From: Hyphomicrobiales bacterium
Lineage (GTDB): Bacteria > Pseudomonadota > Alphaproteobacteria > Rhizobiales > Aestuariivirgaceae
Assembly (NCBI GenBank): GCA_052386315.1
Contig: JBQTKG010000027.1
Location: 89,199-153,198, forward strand
DNA: 64,000 nt
Direction of reading: 5' to 3'
The position numbers and the translations under genes were made by a program. The notes under the pieces were generated by a model. It worked only from the letters and a program-made list of their open reading frames with translations, made no database searches and was not told the origin of the DNA. Every line of letters begins with the position of its first letter. The stretch's first letter is position 1. Positions 42,722-52,453 of the stretch are shown piece by piece.

Positions 42722-43808
42722 TGAGAAGGCGGCCGACGACCTTGGCGGTATAGTCGACCATGGGAATGATCCGGGCATAATTCATCCGCGTCGGCCCGAT
42801 GATGCCGAGCACGCCGACGATCTTTTCCTCGCTATTGCGGTAGGGGGCGACGATCAGCGACGAGCCCGACAGCGAAAACAGCCGGTTCTCCGAGCCGATG
42901 AAGATGCGCACCCCTTCGCCCGCTTCGGCAAGGCCCAGAAGCTGGACGAGTTCGCGCTTGTTCTCGATGTCGTCGAAGAGCTTGCGGATGCGCTCGAGAT
43001 CGTCGACGGCGGTGGCGTTTTCCAGGAGATTGGCTTGGCCCCTGACGATCAGGGTCTTGGCGTCGGGATCGCTGTCGCCCGACCAGACGGCGATTCCGGC
43101 CTCGACGATGCGGGCCGAGACGTCGTCGAGCTCGTGCCTGAGGCTCGCCATTTCCTCGCGCATGAAGCGCTGGACTTCGGCGATCGTCTTGCCCTGGAAT
43201 CGCGTCGAAAGGTAGTTCGTAGCCTTGACGAAGGTGGCGGGCGGCAGTCCCGGCGGCACGTCGATGACGCGGTTTTCCACCGCTCCGTCCTCGCCCACCA
43301 GAATGACCAGCGCCCGGCCCGGCGCGAGATTGACGAACTCGATGTGCTTGAGCCGCGCATTCATCTTCGGCGCCATGACAACGCCGGCGCAGTGCGACAG
43401 GCCCGACAGAAGCATGGTCGCTTCGCCCAGCACGTCCTCGATGCGGCGCTGCCGGTTGCTGGCGGCGATTTGCGCGTCGATGTGAGCCCGTTCGTCGGGA
43501 GCCATCGCGCCCACTTCCATCACCGCATCGACGAAGAACCGGAGCCCCGCCTCAGTCGGCACCCGGCCGGCGCTCGCGTGCGGCGAATAGATGAGGCCCG
43601 CATCCTCGAGATCCATCATTACGTTGCGCACCGAGGCCGGCGACAGGCCGGATGGCAGGATGCGCGAGATGGTGCGCGAACCCACCGGCTCGCCGGTTTC
43701 GAGATAGGTATCGACCAGCCTGCGGAAAATGTCGCGCGAGCGCCGGTCGAGACCGGCGAGGCCGGTGAGCTTTTCGTCGAGGAACGGCTTTGGTGGGATC
43801 GAACTCAT
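42717..43808 (-). CDS. hrcA: Heat-inducible transcription repressor HrcA
   Basis: YLETGEPVGSRT, SPASVRNVM, SPHASAGRVPT and IGPTRMNY motifs. Confidence 0.95.
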   Translation of the reverse strand: MSSIPPKPFLDEKLTGLAGLDRRSRDIFRRLVDTYLETGEPVGSRTISRILPSGLSPASVRNVMMDLEDAGLIYSPHASAGRVPTEAGLRFFVDAVMEVGAMAPDERAHIDAQIAASNRQRRIEDVLGEATMLLSGLSHCAGVVMAPKMNARLKHIEFVNLAPGRALVILVGEDGAVENRVIDVPPGLPPATFVKATNYLSTRFQGKTIAEVQRFMREEMASLRHELDDVSARIVEAGIAVWSGDSDPDAKTLIVRGQANLLENATAVDDLERIRKLFDDIENKRELVQLLGLAEAGEGVRIFIGSENRLFSLSGSSLIVAPYRNSEEKIVGVLGIIGPTRMNYARIIPMVDYTAKVVGRLLT

Positions 43809-43816
43809 GGGCGGCA

Positions 43817-43845
43817 ATGTAGGAATCAAGTTGGCTCCGGTCAAT
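43817..43845 (-). promoter_or_regulatory. RpoH-like promoter of hrcA
   Basis: ATTG-N18-CCTACAT, 8 nt before ATG 43808. Confidence 0.55.
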
Positions 43846-43886
43846 CGGCAGGCTAGAACCCCCGCCGTTCATGAAAGGAATTGCCG

Positions 43887-44600
43887 ATGCGTCCCTCCGG
43901 GCGGCAGCCCGATCAATTGCGCGCCGTGAGTTTCGAGCGCGGCCTCAGCAAACATGCCGAAGGTTCCTGCCTCGTTCGTTTCGGCGACACCCATGTGCTG
44001 TGCACCGCCTCGCTGGAGGAGAAAGTGCCGCCCTGGATGAAGGGTCTCGGCAAGGGCTGGGTGACGGCCGAATACGGCATGCTGCCGCGTTCGACCGGCG
44101 AGCGCATGCGCCGCGAGGCGGCCCAAGGCAAGCAATCAGGCCGCACCCAGGAAATCCAGCGCCTTGTCGGCCGCAGCCTTCGCGCCGTTACCGACCTCGT
44201 GGCGCTGGGCGAAAAGCAGATCACCCTCGATTGCGATGTCCTGCAGGCCGACGGCGGCACCCGCACTGCGGCGATCACCGGAAGCTGGGTGGCCCTGCAT
44301 GACTGCCTCAAATGGATGCAGGCGCGCGCCATGTTCAAGACTTGGCCGATCAAGGACCATGTGGCCGCCGTCTCCTGCGGCATTCATGACGGCGCCGCGG
44401 TACTCGATCTCGACTATGCCGAGGATTCGGCCGCCGGAACCGATGCCAATTTCGTTATCACCGGCAAAGGCAGCATTGTCGAGGTGCAGGCTACCGCCGA
44501 AGGCGAGCCGTTCTCGCAGGACGACTTTCTGCAATTGCTGGCGCTCGCCCGCAAGGGCGTAGATGAACTCGTGATGTTGCAGAAATCCGCCATCGCATGA
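43887..44600 (+). CDS. rph: Ribonuclease PH
   Basis: [27 protein letters not shown] and ADGGTRTA motifs. Confidence 0.97.
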   Translation: MRPSGRQPDQLRAVSFERGLSKHAEGSCLVRFGDTHVLCTASLEEKVPPWMKGLGKGWVTAEYGMLPRSTGERMRREAAQGKQSGRTQEIQRLVGRSLRAVTDLVALGEKQITLDCDVLQADGGTRTAAITGSWVALHDCLKWMQARAMFKTWPIKDHVAAVSCGIHDGAAVLDLDYAEDSAAGTDANFVITGKGSIVEVQATAEGEPFSQDDFLQLLALARKGVDELVMLQKSAIA

Positions 44601-45205
44601 GACGCACGCTCACATCCGGCCGGCTCGTCGTCGCTACCCACAATCCCGGCAAGCTCGCCGAGATCAGGGAACTCTTGGGTCCCCATGGGGTCGAGGCCGT
44701 TTCGGCAGCATCGCTCGGCATTTCCGAGCCCCATGAGAGCGAGGCGACTTTCGCCGGCAATGCCCGCCTCAAGGCGGTACATTCCGCGAAGGTTTCGGGC
44801 TTGCCGGCGCTTTCCGACGATTCCGGTCTTTGTGTCGATGCTCTGGGCGGCGAGCCCGGCGTCCATTCGGCGCGCTGGGCCGGTGCTGCCAAGGATTTCG
44901 CGCTGGCCATGCGCAATGTCGAGGAGAAGCTGCAGGCCAAGGGCGCCGTCACGCCGGATGCGCGCAAAGCCCATTTCGTCTGCGCGCTCTGTCTCGCCTG
45001 GCCCGATGGCCACGGCGAAATCTTCGAAGGCCGCGTCGACGGAACCCTGGTCTGGCCGCCGCGCGGATCGAAAGGCTTCGGCTACGATCCGATGTTCGTG
45101 CCCGGCGGCCTCGCCCAGACCTTCGGCGAGATGGAGCCGGAAGTGAAGCACACGATGTCCCATCGCGCCCGCGCCTTCGGGAAACTCATCGATGCCGTGT
45201 TCTGA
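44597..45205 (+). CDS. rdgB: dITP/XTP pyrophosphatase
   Basis: [21 protein letters not shown] and SHRARA motifs. Confidence 0.96.
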   Translation: MRRTLTSGRLVVATHNPGKLAEIRELLGPHGVEAVSAASLGISEPHESEATFAGNARLKAVHSAKVSGLPALSDDSGLCVDALGGEPGVHSARWAGAAKDFALAMRNVEEKLQAKGAVTPDARKAHFVCALCLAWPDGHGEIFEGRVDGTLVWPPRGSKGFGYDPMFVPGGLAQTFGEMEPEVKHTMSHRARAFGKLIDAVF

Positions 45206-46343
45206 ACCGGGTTTCGGCATCTATGTGCATTGGCCCTTCTGCAAGGCCAAGTGTCCCTATTGCGATTTCAATTCCCATGTCCGCCATGGGCCGGTCGATG
45301 CCATGGGTTTTGCCGCAGCCCTTGCCGCCGAGCTGGGCTGGCTGGCGCAGCAGACGAAGGCACGCACTGTCGCCAGCGTCTTCTTCGGCGGCGGCACACC
45401 CTCGCTCATGCCGCCTGCCGCCGTAGCCCATGTCCTCGAAGCGATTGCCGGGCTCTGGCCCATGGCTGCCGATGCCGAAGTAACCCTCGAGGCTAATCCG
45501 ACCAGCGTCGAGGCGGAGAACTTCCGCGGCTATCGCGCCGCCGGGGTCAATCGCGTCTCGGTCGGCGTCCAGGCCCTCGATGCGGCCCATTTGCAGGCGC
45601 TCGGCCGCCGGCATTCGCCGGAGGAAGCCATCGCTGCCTTCCGGTTGGCGGCCAAAATCTTTCCGCGCGTTTCCTTCGACCTGATCTATGCGCGGCCCCG
45701 TCAGACGGCGGCGCAATGGCGCGACGAGCTTTCACAGGCCTTGGCCGAGCAGCAGGGCCACATGTCGCTCTATCAGCTGACCATCGAGCCCGGCACCGCC
45801 TATGCCGATCTCTTCGCCCGCGGCGCGCTTCCCGTGCTCGATGAAGAGACGGCGGCCGATCTTTTCGACATCACCCAGGAGCTCACCGAGAAGGCGGGCC
45901 TTGCGGCTTACGAAGTCTCGAACCATGCGAGAGCCGGCCATGAATCGCGTCACAACCTGCTTTATTGGCGCTATGGCGAATATGCCGGTGCCGGTCCCGG
46001 CGCCCACAGCCGCATCGCCGCCGGCCTGAACCGCCGCGCGCTCGTCGCTGAAAAACATCCCGAAACCTGGCGCCAGCTGGTTGCCTCGCGCGGCAACGGC
46101 ATCATCGAGGACTCCCTTGTCTATCCCGCCGAACAGGCGGCCGAATATCTGCTGATGGGCCTGCGCATATCCGAAGGCATCGATCATGCCCGCTATGCGG
46201 CGCTCGCCGGACGCGCCATCGGCGATGACAGGATCGCGGGCCTCGAGTCCCTCGGCCTTCTCCGCCGCGACGGTGCGCGCCTCGCCGCGACGCGCAGCGG
46301 CCGCCGCGTTCTCAACGCGTTGATTGCCGAGCTTGCCGCCTAG
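45192..46343 (+). CDS. hemW: Radical SAM heme chaperone HemW
   Basis: [28 protein letters not shown] and HNLLYW motifs. Confidence 0.94.
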   Translation: MPCSEPGFGIYVHWPFCKAKCPYCDFNSHVRHGPVDAMGFAAALAAELGWLAQQTKARTVASVFFGGGTPSLMPPAAVAHVLEAIAGLWPMAADAEVTLEANPTSVEAENFRGYRAAGVNRVSVGVQALDAAHLQALGRRHSPEEAIAAFRLAAKIFPRVSFDLIYARPRQTAAQWRDELSQALAEQQGHMSLYQLTIEPGTAYADLFARGALPVLDEETAADLFDITQELTEKAGLAAYEVSNHARAGHESRHNLLYWRYGEYAGAGPGAHSRIAAGLNRRALVAEKHPETWRQLVASRGNGIIEDSLVYPAEQAAEYLLMGLRISEGIDHARYAALAGRAIGDDRIAGLESLGLLRRDGARLAATRSGRRVLNALIAELAA

Positions 46344-47494
46344 AAGGCCGTTGGCGCCGACGCTATGACATCGGGTCCGCCCGGCCCCATTTGCAGGATG
46401 GCGAGGCCGCGCTCGATCAGGCCGCTGTCGCGGAAGCGGAACAGGCCATTGGCGCCCTGATAGCCCTGCGCACCGGCGATCGCCGCCGTCGAGAAATCGC
46501 CGCGCCTTGCGAGATTGACCGCCAGTGTAGCCGCATCATAGGCAAGGCTCGCCAGGCGCGGCGGTTTGGCTCCATGCAAGGCTGCATATTTCTGGTCGAA
46601 GCGGGCCACCAGATCGGGTGCGACGCCCGCATACCATCCACCCATGGCGATGGGGACATTGCGTGTTGCCGCGTCGTCCCATTGGCCGGTGCCGAGAATC
46701 TTGACGTTTCCGGGCGTAATTCCGTTTTCCGACAGCGCCGTTCCGATCTTGGCGAGAATTTCGCCGCTTTCCGGCAGCAGCAGTGCCGCTCCCTGGCCCT
46801 GGAGAGCCGGCGCAATTTGGGCGGCGGACTCGGCAATCGAATCGTCGACGCGGGCATAACGCTGCCGGCTCACGATCGACGCGCCATATTGTCCCGCCGC
46901 CTGGACCAGCGACCGCTCGACGGCGGCGCCGTACTGCGAGGCGGGATAGAGTGCGGCGATGCTGCGATAACCCTTCGATGTCGCGAAGCGCAACACGCCG
47001 GCGATCTCCTCCTCCGGCAGGAAGCTCATCAGGAAAGTCCCGTTGCCGGCGACCGCGCTTGCCGAAGAGAAGGCGATGACATTGATGCCTCGGCTTTGGG
47101 CCACCGGGTCCACAGCGCGCACTTCCTCGGCGAGCAGCGGCCCGAGGATCAGCCGCGCACCTTCATTGAGGGCGGCATCGGCCGCCGCTTTGGCGCCGTT
47201 GGGCGAACCGCCCGTATCCTTGACGATAAAGCTGACGCCGCCGCCCGTGTCGGCCAGCGCCATCTCGGCCGCCTGCTTTAGGGCAATGGCGATCCTCTGG
47301 GTCTCGCCCGGCGCCGACAGCGGCAGGAGCAGGGCCACCTTGCTTCCACTTTCCGGCCGGGACTGGCTTGAGGGCTCCTCGTCGCTGAACAGCGAGCCCA
47401 TGCGGGCCGTACCGCCGCAGGCGGAGAGCAGTACGGCCACAAACGCGATGACCAGATATCGCCACTCCCACTGGCGGCTGCGGCGCGCTAGCAT
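46340..47494 (-). CDS. Penicillin-binding protein activator (LpoA-like / PBP1 fold) lipoprotein
   Basis: Lipobox LSAC, KVALLLPLS, ILGPL, ASLAYDA and GLFRF...ERGLA; divergent from rsmI. Start uncertain. Confidence 0.8.
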   Translation of the reverse strand: MLARRSRQWEWRYLVIAFVAVLLSACGGTARMGSLFSDEEPSSQSRPESGSKVALLLPLSAPGETQRIAIALKQAAEMALADTGGGVSFIVKDTGGSPNGAKAAADAALNEGARLILGPLLAEEVRAVDPVAQSRGINVIAFSSASAVAGNGTFLMSFLPEEEIAGVLRFATSKGYRSIAALYPASQYGAAVERSLVQAAGQYGASIVSRQRYARVDDSIAESAAQIAPALQGQGAALLLPESGEILAKIGTALSENGITPGNVKILGTGQWDDAATRNVPIAMGGWYAGVAPDLVARFDQKYAALHGAKPPRLASLAYDAATLAVNLARRGDFSTAAIAGAQGYQGANGLFRFRDSGLIERGLAILQMGPGGPDVIASAPTAF

Positions 47495-47538
47495 GGCACG
47501 AGCCCCGGCTTGTTCACGCGAAATTCCCCCGGATACGG

Positions 47539-48447
47539 ATGACGTTGCAAAAACCCCGATCGGACCGCCGCTATAGCATAGGCGCCGCACAGTTCGAGGC
47601 CGAAAAACTCGAAGCCGGCCTCCATGTGGTGGCAACCCCCATCGGCAATCTGGGCGATATCACCATCCGCGCCCTTGCCACCCTGACTGCCGCCGATGCC
47701 ATCCTCTGCGAAGATACCCGCACCACGGCGAAACTCCTCGAACGCTACGGGATCGGAACGAAACTGCGGCCCTACCACGAGCATAATGCGGCGAAAGTAC
47801 GACCCGGCATTGTGGAGAAACTCAAGTCCGGCCTGACGCTGGCGCTGGTCAGCGATGCCGGCATGCCGCTCATTTCCGATCCGGGCTACCGGCTGGTCGC
47901 CGAAGCGCTCGAGGCCGGCATTGCGGTGACCGCCTGTCCCGGCCCCTCCGCGGTGCTGACCGGCCTTGCCCTCTCGGGGCTTCCTACCGATCGCTTCACC
48001 TTTCTGGGCTTTCTTCCCGCCAAGGCGGGCGACCGCAAACGCCTCTATGGCGAGTTCGCCGGGCTGCGCTCGACGCTGGTTTTCTTCGAAAGCCCGCACC
48101 GCATTGTCGCAACCCTGGCGGAGATCGAAGCGGCATGGCCCGGCCGCCAGCTCGCCGTGGCGCGCGAGCTCACCAAGCTGCATGAGGAAGTACTCCGCGG
48201 CAGCGCCCGCGAACTGCGCGAAAATCTGGCAGCGCGGACCGCGGTCAAGGGCGAAATCACGGTGATCGCCGGTCCGCCGCCGGAGCCCGTCCCAGCATCG
48301 GGCGAGGAGGTCGACGCAGCCCTTGCAGAAGCGCTCGCAGCCATGCCCGCCGGCCGGGCCGCCGCCGAGGTCGCCCGCCGCTTCAATCTCCCCAGGAAGG
48401 AGGCCTATGCCCGCATTCTGGCGCGCAAGAAGGCCACCGATGGCTGA
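47539..48447 (+). CDS. rsmI: 16S rRNA C1402 2'-O-methyltransferase
   Basis: VATPIGNLGD, CEDTR, VSDAGMPLISDPG, FESPHR and RELTKLHEE motifs. Confidence 0.96.
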   Translation: MTLQKPRSDRRYSIGAAQFEAEKLEAGLHVVATPIGNLGDITIRALATLTAADAILCEDTRTTAKLLERYGIGTKLRPYHEHNAAKVRPGIVEKLKSGLTLALVSDAGMPLISDPGYRLVAEALEAGIAVTACPGPSAVLTGLALSGLPTDRFTFLGFLPAKAGDRKRLYGEFAGLRSTLVFFESPHRIVATLAEIEAAWPGRQLAVARELTKLHEEVLRGSARELRENLAARTAVKGEITVIAGPPPEPVPASGEEVDAALAEALAAMPAGRAAAEVARRFNLPRKEAYARILARKKATDG

Positions 48448-48808
48448 CGCCCGCCGCGCCCGCGCCGAGCGTCAGGGCCGTTGGGCCGAACTGGCAGCAC
48501 TGTGGTCGCTCCGCCTCAAGGGCTACCGGCTGCTCGCCCATCGCTACCGGAGTCCCCATGGCGAGGTTGATCTCATCATGCGGCGCGGCCGGGTCACGGC
48601 CTTCATCGAAGTCAAGGCGCGCCGCAGCGCCGATCAAGGGATCGAATGCGTGACACCGTTTCAGGCCAAGCGCATCGCCGCCGCGGCCCGCAATTGGATG
48701 GGACGCGATACCCGCGCGGCACAGGATTTCTGCCGTTTTGACATCGTCGCGGTCTCACCCTACCACTGGCCGCGCCATGTCGAGAACGCCTTCTACGGAG
48801 ACGACTGA
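48440..48808 (+). CDS. yraN: YraN family nuclease-like protein
   Basis: GRWAE, GEVDLI, FIEVKAR and RFDIV motifs. Confidence 0.92.
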   Translation: MADARRARAERQGRWAELAALWSLRLKGYRLLAHRYRSPHGEVDLIMRRGRVTAFIEVKARRSADQGIECVTPFQAKRIAAAARNWMGRDTRAAQDFCRFDIVAVSPYHWPRHVENAFYGDD

Positions 48809-48811
48809 GCG

Positions 48812-49750
48812 ATGCCGCTGCGGATTGCCGTCCAGATGGACCCGATCGAAACCGTCAACATCAAGGGCGATTCGACCTTCGCGCTGATGCTGGAGGCGCA
48901 GGCGCGCGGCCACCGCCTGTTCTATTACCGCACCCAGACGCTTGCCCTTGCCGGGGACACGCTTTGGGCCTCGGGCCAGGACACGACCGTGCGCGACGAG
49001 CCCGGCAACCATGCAACGCTGGGCGCGATGACGCGCGCCGATCTCGGCGCCTTCGACGTCGTGCTGATGCGCCAGGATCCGCCCTTCGACATGGCCTACA
49101 TCAGCGCCACTCATTTACTGGAGCACATTCACCCGAAGACCCTGGTGGTCAATGATCCCGTCGAGGTGCGCAACGCGCCGGAGAAGCTCTTCGTCCTGCG
49201 CTATCGCAATTTCATGCCGGAAACGCTGATCACCCGCGACCCGGTCGAGATTGCCGCCTTCCGCCGCGCCCATGGCGACATCATCCTGAAGCCGCTCTAC
49301 GGCAGTGGCGGAGCAGGGGTGTTCCGCCTCGGCGAGGCCGACCAGAATTTCGCCGCCCTGCTCGAACTCTTCACCCAGACCTTCCGCGAGCCATTCATCG
49401 CCCAGCGCTATCTCCCCGAAATCCGCAAGGGCGACAAGCGCATCATCCTCGTCGACGGCAAGGCCGCGGGCGCCATCAACCGGGTTCCGGCGGTCTCCGA
49501 CAACCGCTCCAACATGCATGTGGGCGGCAGGCCCGAGCCCGCGACGCTGAGCAAGCGCGAAGAGGAAATCTGCGAGGCGATCGGCCCCGATCTGAAAAAG
49601 CGCGGCCTGATCTTCGTGGGGCTTGACGTGATCGGCGATTATCTGACCGAGATCAACGTCACCTCGCCCACCGGCATCCGCGAGATCAGGCGCTTCGGCG
49701 GCCCCGACATCGCCGCGCTGATCTGGGACGCGATCGAAGCCCGGAGATAG
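48812..49750 (+). CDS. gshB: Glutathione synthetase
   Basis: VQMDP, RQDPPFD, NAPEKL, GDKRI and EINVTSPTG motifs. Confidence 0.97.
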   Translation: MPLRIAVQMDPIETVNIKGDSTFALMLEAQARGHRLFYYRTQTLALAGDTLWASGQDTTVRDEPGNHATLGAMTRADLGAFDVVLMRQDPPFDMAYISATHLLEHIHPKTLVVNDPVEVRNAPEKLFVLRYRNFMPETLITRDPVEIAAFRRAHGDIILKPLYGSGGAGVFRLGEADQNFAALLELFTQTFREPFIAQRYLPEIRKGDKRIILVDGKAAGAINRVPAVSDNRSNMHVGGRPEPATLSKREEEICEAIGPDLKKRGLIFVGLDVIGDYLTEINVTSPTGIREIRRFGGPDIAALIWDAIEARR

Positions 49751-49805
49751 AGCATGTTCCGCCAAAGTGTACGCGCTTTGGCGATAAGAACATGCGCCAG
49801 ATTAT
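49748..49805 (+). repeat. Half copy of RIME/MITE-like palindromic element
   Basis: TAGAGCATGTTC-CGCCAAAG..CTTTGGCG..GAACATGC hairpin; 51/58 identical to the reverse complement of 51464-51521. Confidence 0.85.
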
Positions 49806-49820
49806 GTTCGCAATTTGTTC
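49806..49820 (+). promoter_or_regulatory. LexA (SOS) box upstream of comM
   Basis: GTTC gcaattt GTTC, a perfect alphaproteobacterial GTTC-N7-GTTC. Confidence 0.8.
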
Positions 49821-49876
49821 TTGCCGTGGCCTGCAAGTTGTTATAGCGTCAATTCCGTGGGCCAGGGGGCGGGATC

Positions 49877-51409
49877 ATGACGTCGCGGGTGGCAACGGTG
49901 GCATTTCAGGGGATCGAGGCGGTCGCCATCGACGTTCAGGCGCAATTCGTCTCAGGGTTGGTGCAGTTCCATGTGGTGGGCCTGCCCGACAAGGCGGTGG
50001 CCGAAAGCCGCGAGCGCGTCCGCGCCGCCCTCTATGCCATAGGCCTTGCCCTTCCCGGAAAGCGCCTCGTCGTCAATCTCTCGCCCGCCGATCTGCCCAA
50101 GGAAGGCAGCCATTTCGACTTGCCGATCGCCCTTGCCCTGTTGGCCGCCCTTGGCGTGCTGCCCCATGATTTTCTCACCCGTTACAGCGTCATGGGCGAG
50201 CTCGCCCTGGACGGGTCGATCCTCGCCGTGGCCGGCTGCCTGCCGGCGGCGATGGCCGCCAATGCCCGCGATTTGGGCTTGATCTGCCCCAAGGCCTCGG
50301 GCGCCGAGGCCGCCTGGGCGGGCGAGGACCTCGACATTCTGGCGCCGCAGAACCTCGTGCAGCTCATCAATCATGTGAAGGGCAGCCAGGTTCTGACCAG
50401 ACCCAGGCCCGCCCTCGCCGAGGACCTGGGGACGCTTCCCGACCTCAGGGATATCAAGGGCCAGGAGGCCGCCAAGCGGGCCCTCGAAGTGGCCGCCGCC
50501 GGCGGTCATCATCTGCTCATGGTGGGCCCGCCCGGGGCCGGCAAATCCATGCTGGCCCAGCGCCTACCCTCCATCCTGCCGCCCATGGATGCCCGCGAAA
50601 TGCTCGATATCAGCATGATCGCCTCGCTGGCCGGCGAGCTTGCCGGCGGCAAGCTGTCGCGCCGCAGGCCGTTCCGGGCGCCGCACCACTCCGCCTCCAT
50701 GCCGGCCTTGGTCGGCGGCGGCCTCCGGGCGAAACCGGGCGAAATGGCGCTTGCCCATCACGGCGTCTTGTTTCTCGACGAGTTGCCGGAATTCCAGCCG
50801 CGGGTGCTCGAAAGCCTGCGCCAGCCGCTGGAATCGGGCGAGACGGTGGTGGCGCGGGTCAACTATCACGTCACCTATCCGGCCCGCTTCCAGATGGTCG
50901 CGGCGATGAACCCATGCAAATGCGGCATGGCCGGCGAACCCGGCCACGTCTGCAGGAAGGGCCCGCGCTGTGCCGCCGATTATCAGGGGCGCATTTCCGG
51001 CCCGCTGCTCGACCGCATGGATATCCAGATCGAATTGCCGGCGGTGAAGGCCTCCGACCTGACCCTGCCGCCGCCCAAGGAGTCGAGCGCCGATGTGGCG
51101 CTGCGTGTTGCCGCCGCCCGCCAATGGCAGAAGGACCGCTTCGCGAAACTGGGACTTGCGCATCTGCGCACCAATGCCGAGGCCGACGGCGTCTTGCTCG
51201 AGGAAATCGCCAGGCCCGATGCGCCGGGCCTCAAGCTCCTGCGCGAGGCCGCCGATGCCATGAACCTCTCGGCGCGGGGCTATCACCGGGTGCTGCGTGT
51301 GGCCCGCACCCTGGCCGATCTCGATGGCCGGGAGGAAATCGCCCGCATCCACATCGCCGAGGCGCTCTCTTACCGCCAGCGGCTCGCCTCGTTTCAAGCC
51401 GCCGCATAG
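49877..51409 (+). CDS. comM: ComM/YifB Mg-chelatase-like AAA+ helicase
   Basis: VGLPDKAVAESRERVR, KEGSHFDLPIA, GPPGAGKS, PFRAPHHSAS and FLDELPEF motifs. Confidence 0.95.
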   Translation: MTSRVATVAFQGIEAVAIDVQAQFVSGLVQFHVVGLPDKAVAESRERVRAALYAIGLALPGKRLVVNLSPADLPKEGSHFDLPIALALLAALGVLPHDFLTRYSVMGELALDGSILAVAGCLPAAMAANARDLGLICPKASGAEAAWAGEDLDILAPQNLVQLINHVKGSQVLTRPRPALAEDLGTLPDLRDIKGQEAAKRALEVAAAGGHHLLMVGPPGAGKSMLAQRLPSILPPMDAREMLDISMIASLAGELAGGKLSRRRPFRAPHHSASMPALVGGGLRAKPGEMALAHHGVLFLDELPEFQPRVLESLRQPLESGETVVARVNYHVTYPARFQMVAAMNPCKCGMAGEPGHVCRKGPRCAADYQGRISGPLLDRMDIQIELPAVKASDLTLPPPKESSADVALRVAAARQWQKDRFAKLGLAHLRTNAEADGVLLEEIARPDAPGLKLLREAADAMNLSARGYHRVLRVARTLADLDGREEIARIHIAEALSYRQRLASFQAAA

Positions 51410-51521
51410 TGCGTTTTCCCGAAAAGTGGAATCACTTTTCGCAAAAGAAAACGCACTTGGTCAATAATTTAGCGCATGTTCTTGCCGCCAAAGTGTGTAC
51501 ACTTTGGCGGAACATGCGCTA
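51407..51521. mobile_element. 115-bp RIME/MITE-like element with two palindromic arms
   Basis: Arm 1 AGTGCGTTTTC..CGAAAAGTG/CACTTTTCG..GAAAACGCACT; central IHF-like GGTCAATAATTTA; arm 2 TAGCGCATGTTC..CGCCAAAGTGT/ACACTTTGGCG GAACATGCGCTA. TAG/CTA termini. Confidence 0.8.
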
Positions 51522-52304
51522 ATCGATGCGGGCCGAAAGCGTGCCCAGCATGCCGTAGTCGAGCCGCACTTCGTCGCCCGGCGCGATCGTCACCGGCTTG
51601 AGACAGGTTCCCGTCGTCACAAGGTCGCCCGCCTTGATGCCGCCGGAATAGGTCGCCACTTCATTGACCAGCCAGGTAAGCGCGATGACCGGATCGCCGA
51701 GCACCGCTTCGCCGCTGCCCGAGGCCACCAGCGATCCGTTGACATGGGCAGCGACCCGGTGCCGCACCAGATCGAGCGATCGCCATTCGGCATAGGCCGA
51801 TGGCGCGGTGACAAGCCAGGAGGCGCAGGCGGTATCGGCGATGAGCTGGGCCGCACCCACGGCCGTGTAATCGCGGTAGCGCGAATCGGGAATTTCCAGC
51901 GACAGGTGCAGGCCGGCAACCGCCGCCAGGACTTCGCTCCGGTCATAGAGCGCGAGTTCCGCGGGCAGGTCTTCGCCGAAGCTGAAGGCGAATTCGGCCT
52001 CGGCGACGCGCATGATATTGTCGCCGAGACGGACCGTGGCTCCGGCCGCCAGCACGCGGTTTTGCAGCAGCCGCCCCGCCAGCGGCCCGTCGACATTGAT
52101 GTGTTTCTGTCCCGCCGCGCTGGTGGCGGCGATTTTCCAGCCGACGACCTTTTGTTGCGAAAGCCCGGCCAGCGTCTCGGCAATCCGGTAAGCCCCGGCA
52201 CGGGTGGCCGGGCGGCAGCCGTCCGGCAGGCCGCCGGTCCGCGTTCCCTCCCGCCAATGCGTCCACAAATGCCGGGCCGCGGTCTCGATTTGTGCGCCGT
52301 TCAT
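51519..52304 (-). CDS. 2-keto-4-pentenoate hydratase / FAA hydrolase family protein
   Basis: [26 protein letters not shown] and VTTGTC motifs. Confidence 0.88.
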   Translation of the reverse strand: MNGAQIETAARHLWTHWREGTRTGGLPDGCRPATRAGAYRIAETLAGLSQQKVVGWKIAATSAAGQKHINVDGPLAGRLLQNRVLAAGATVRLGDNIMRVAEAEFAFSFGEDLPAELALYDRSEVLAAVAGLHLSLEIPDSRYRDYTAVGAAQLIADTACASWLVTAPSAYAEWRSLDLVRHRVAAHVNGSLVASGSGEAVLGDPVIALTWLVNEVATYSGGIKAGDLVTTGTCLKPVTIAPGDEVRLDYGMLGTLSARID

Positions 52305-52353
52305 GCTCGGGCCTTGCGTTAAATCGGGGCACCTCCGCCGTCAATGGCACAGG

Positions 52354-52372
52354 CCGTTTACGTCCCGTTTAC
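52354..52372 (+). promoter_or_regulatory. CtrA-like direct repeat upstream of the hybrid kinase
   Basis: CCGTTTAC twice with 11-bp period (TTTA-N7-TTTAC; two mismatches to TTAA-N7-TTAAC). Confidence 0.45.
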
Positions 52373-52453
52373 CTTTCGCCGAGGTTTGAATGCATTAAAA
52401 ATTCCTTCATGCCAATTTCAATCAAAATAAAAACAAACCACAGGGAACGACAA

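Noticed and set aside
47510-47525. parS-like TTGTTCACGCGAAATT between the LpoA-like gene and rsmI
   Set aside because: Five mismatches to consensus; too degenerate.
49748-51521. Palindromic repeats as a CRISPR array or composite transposon
   Set aside because: Only 1.5 copies, no spacers, no cas or transposase gene; the cargo is a syntenic core gene.
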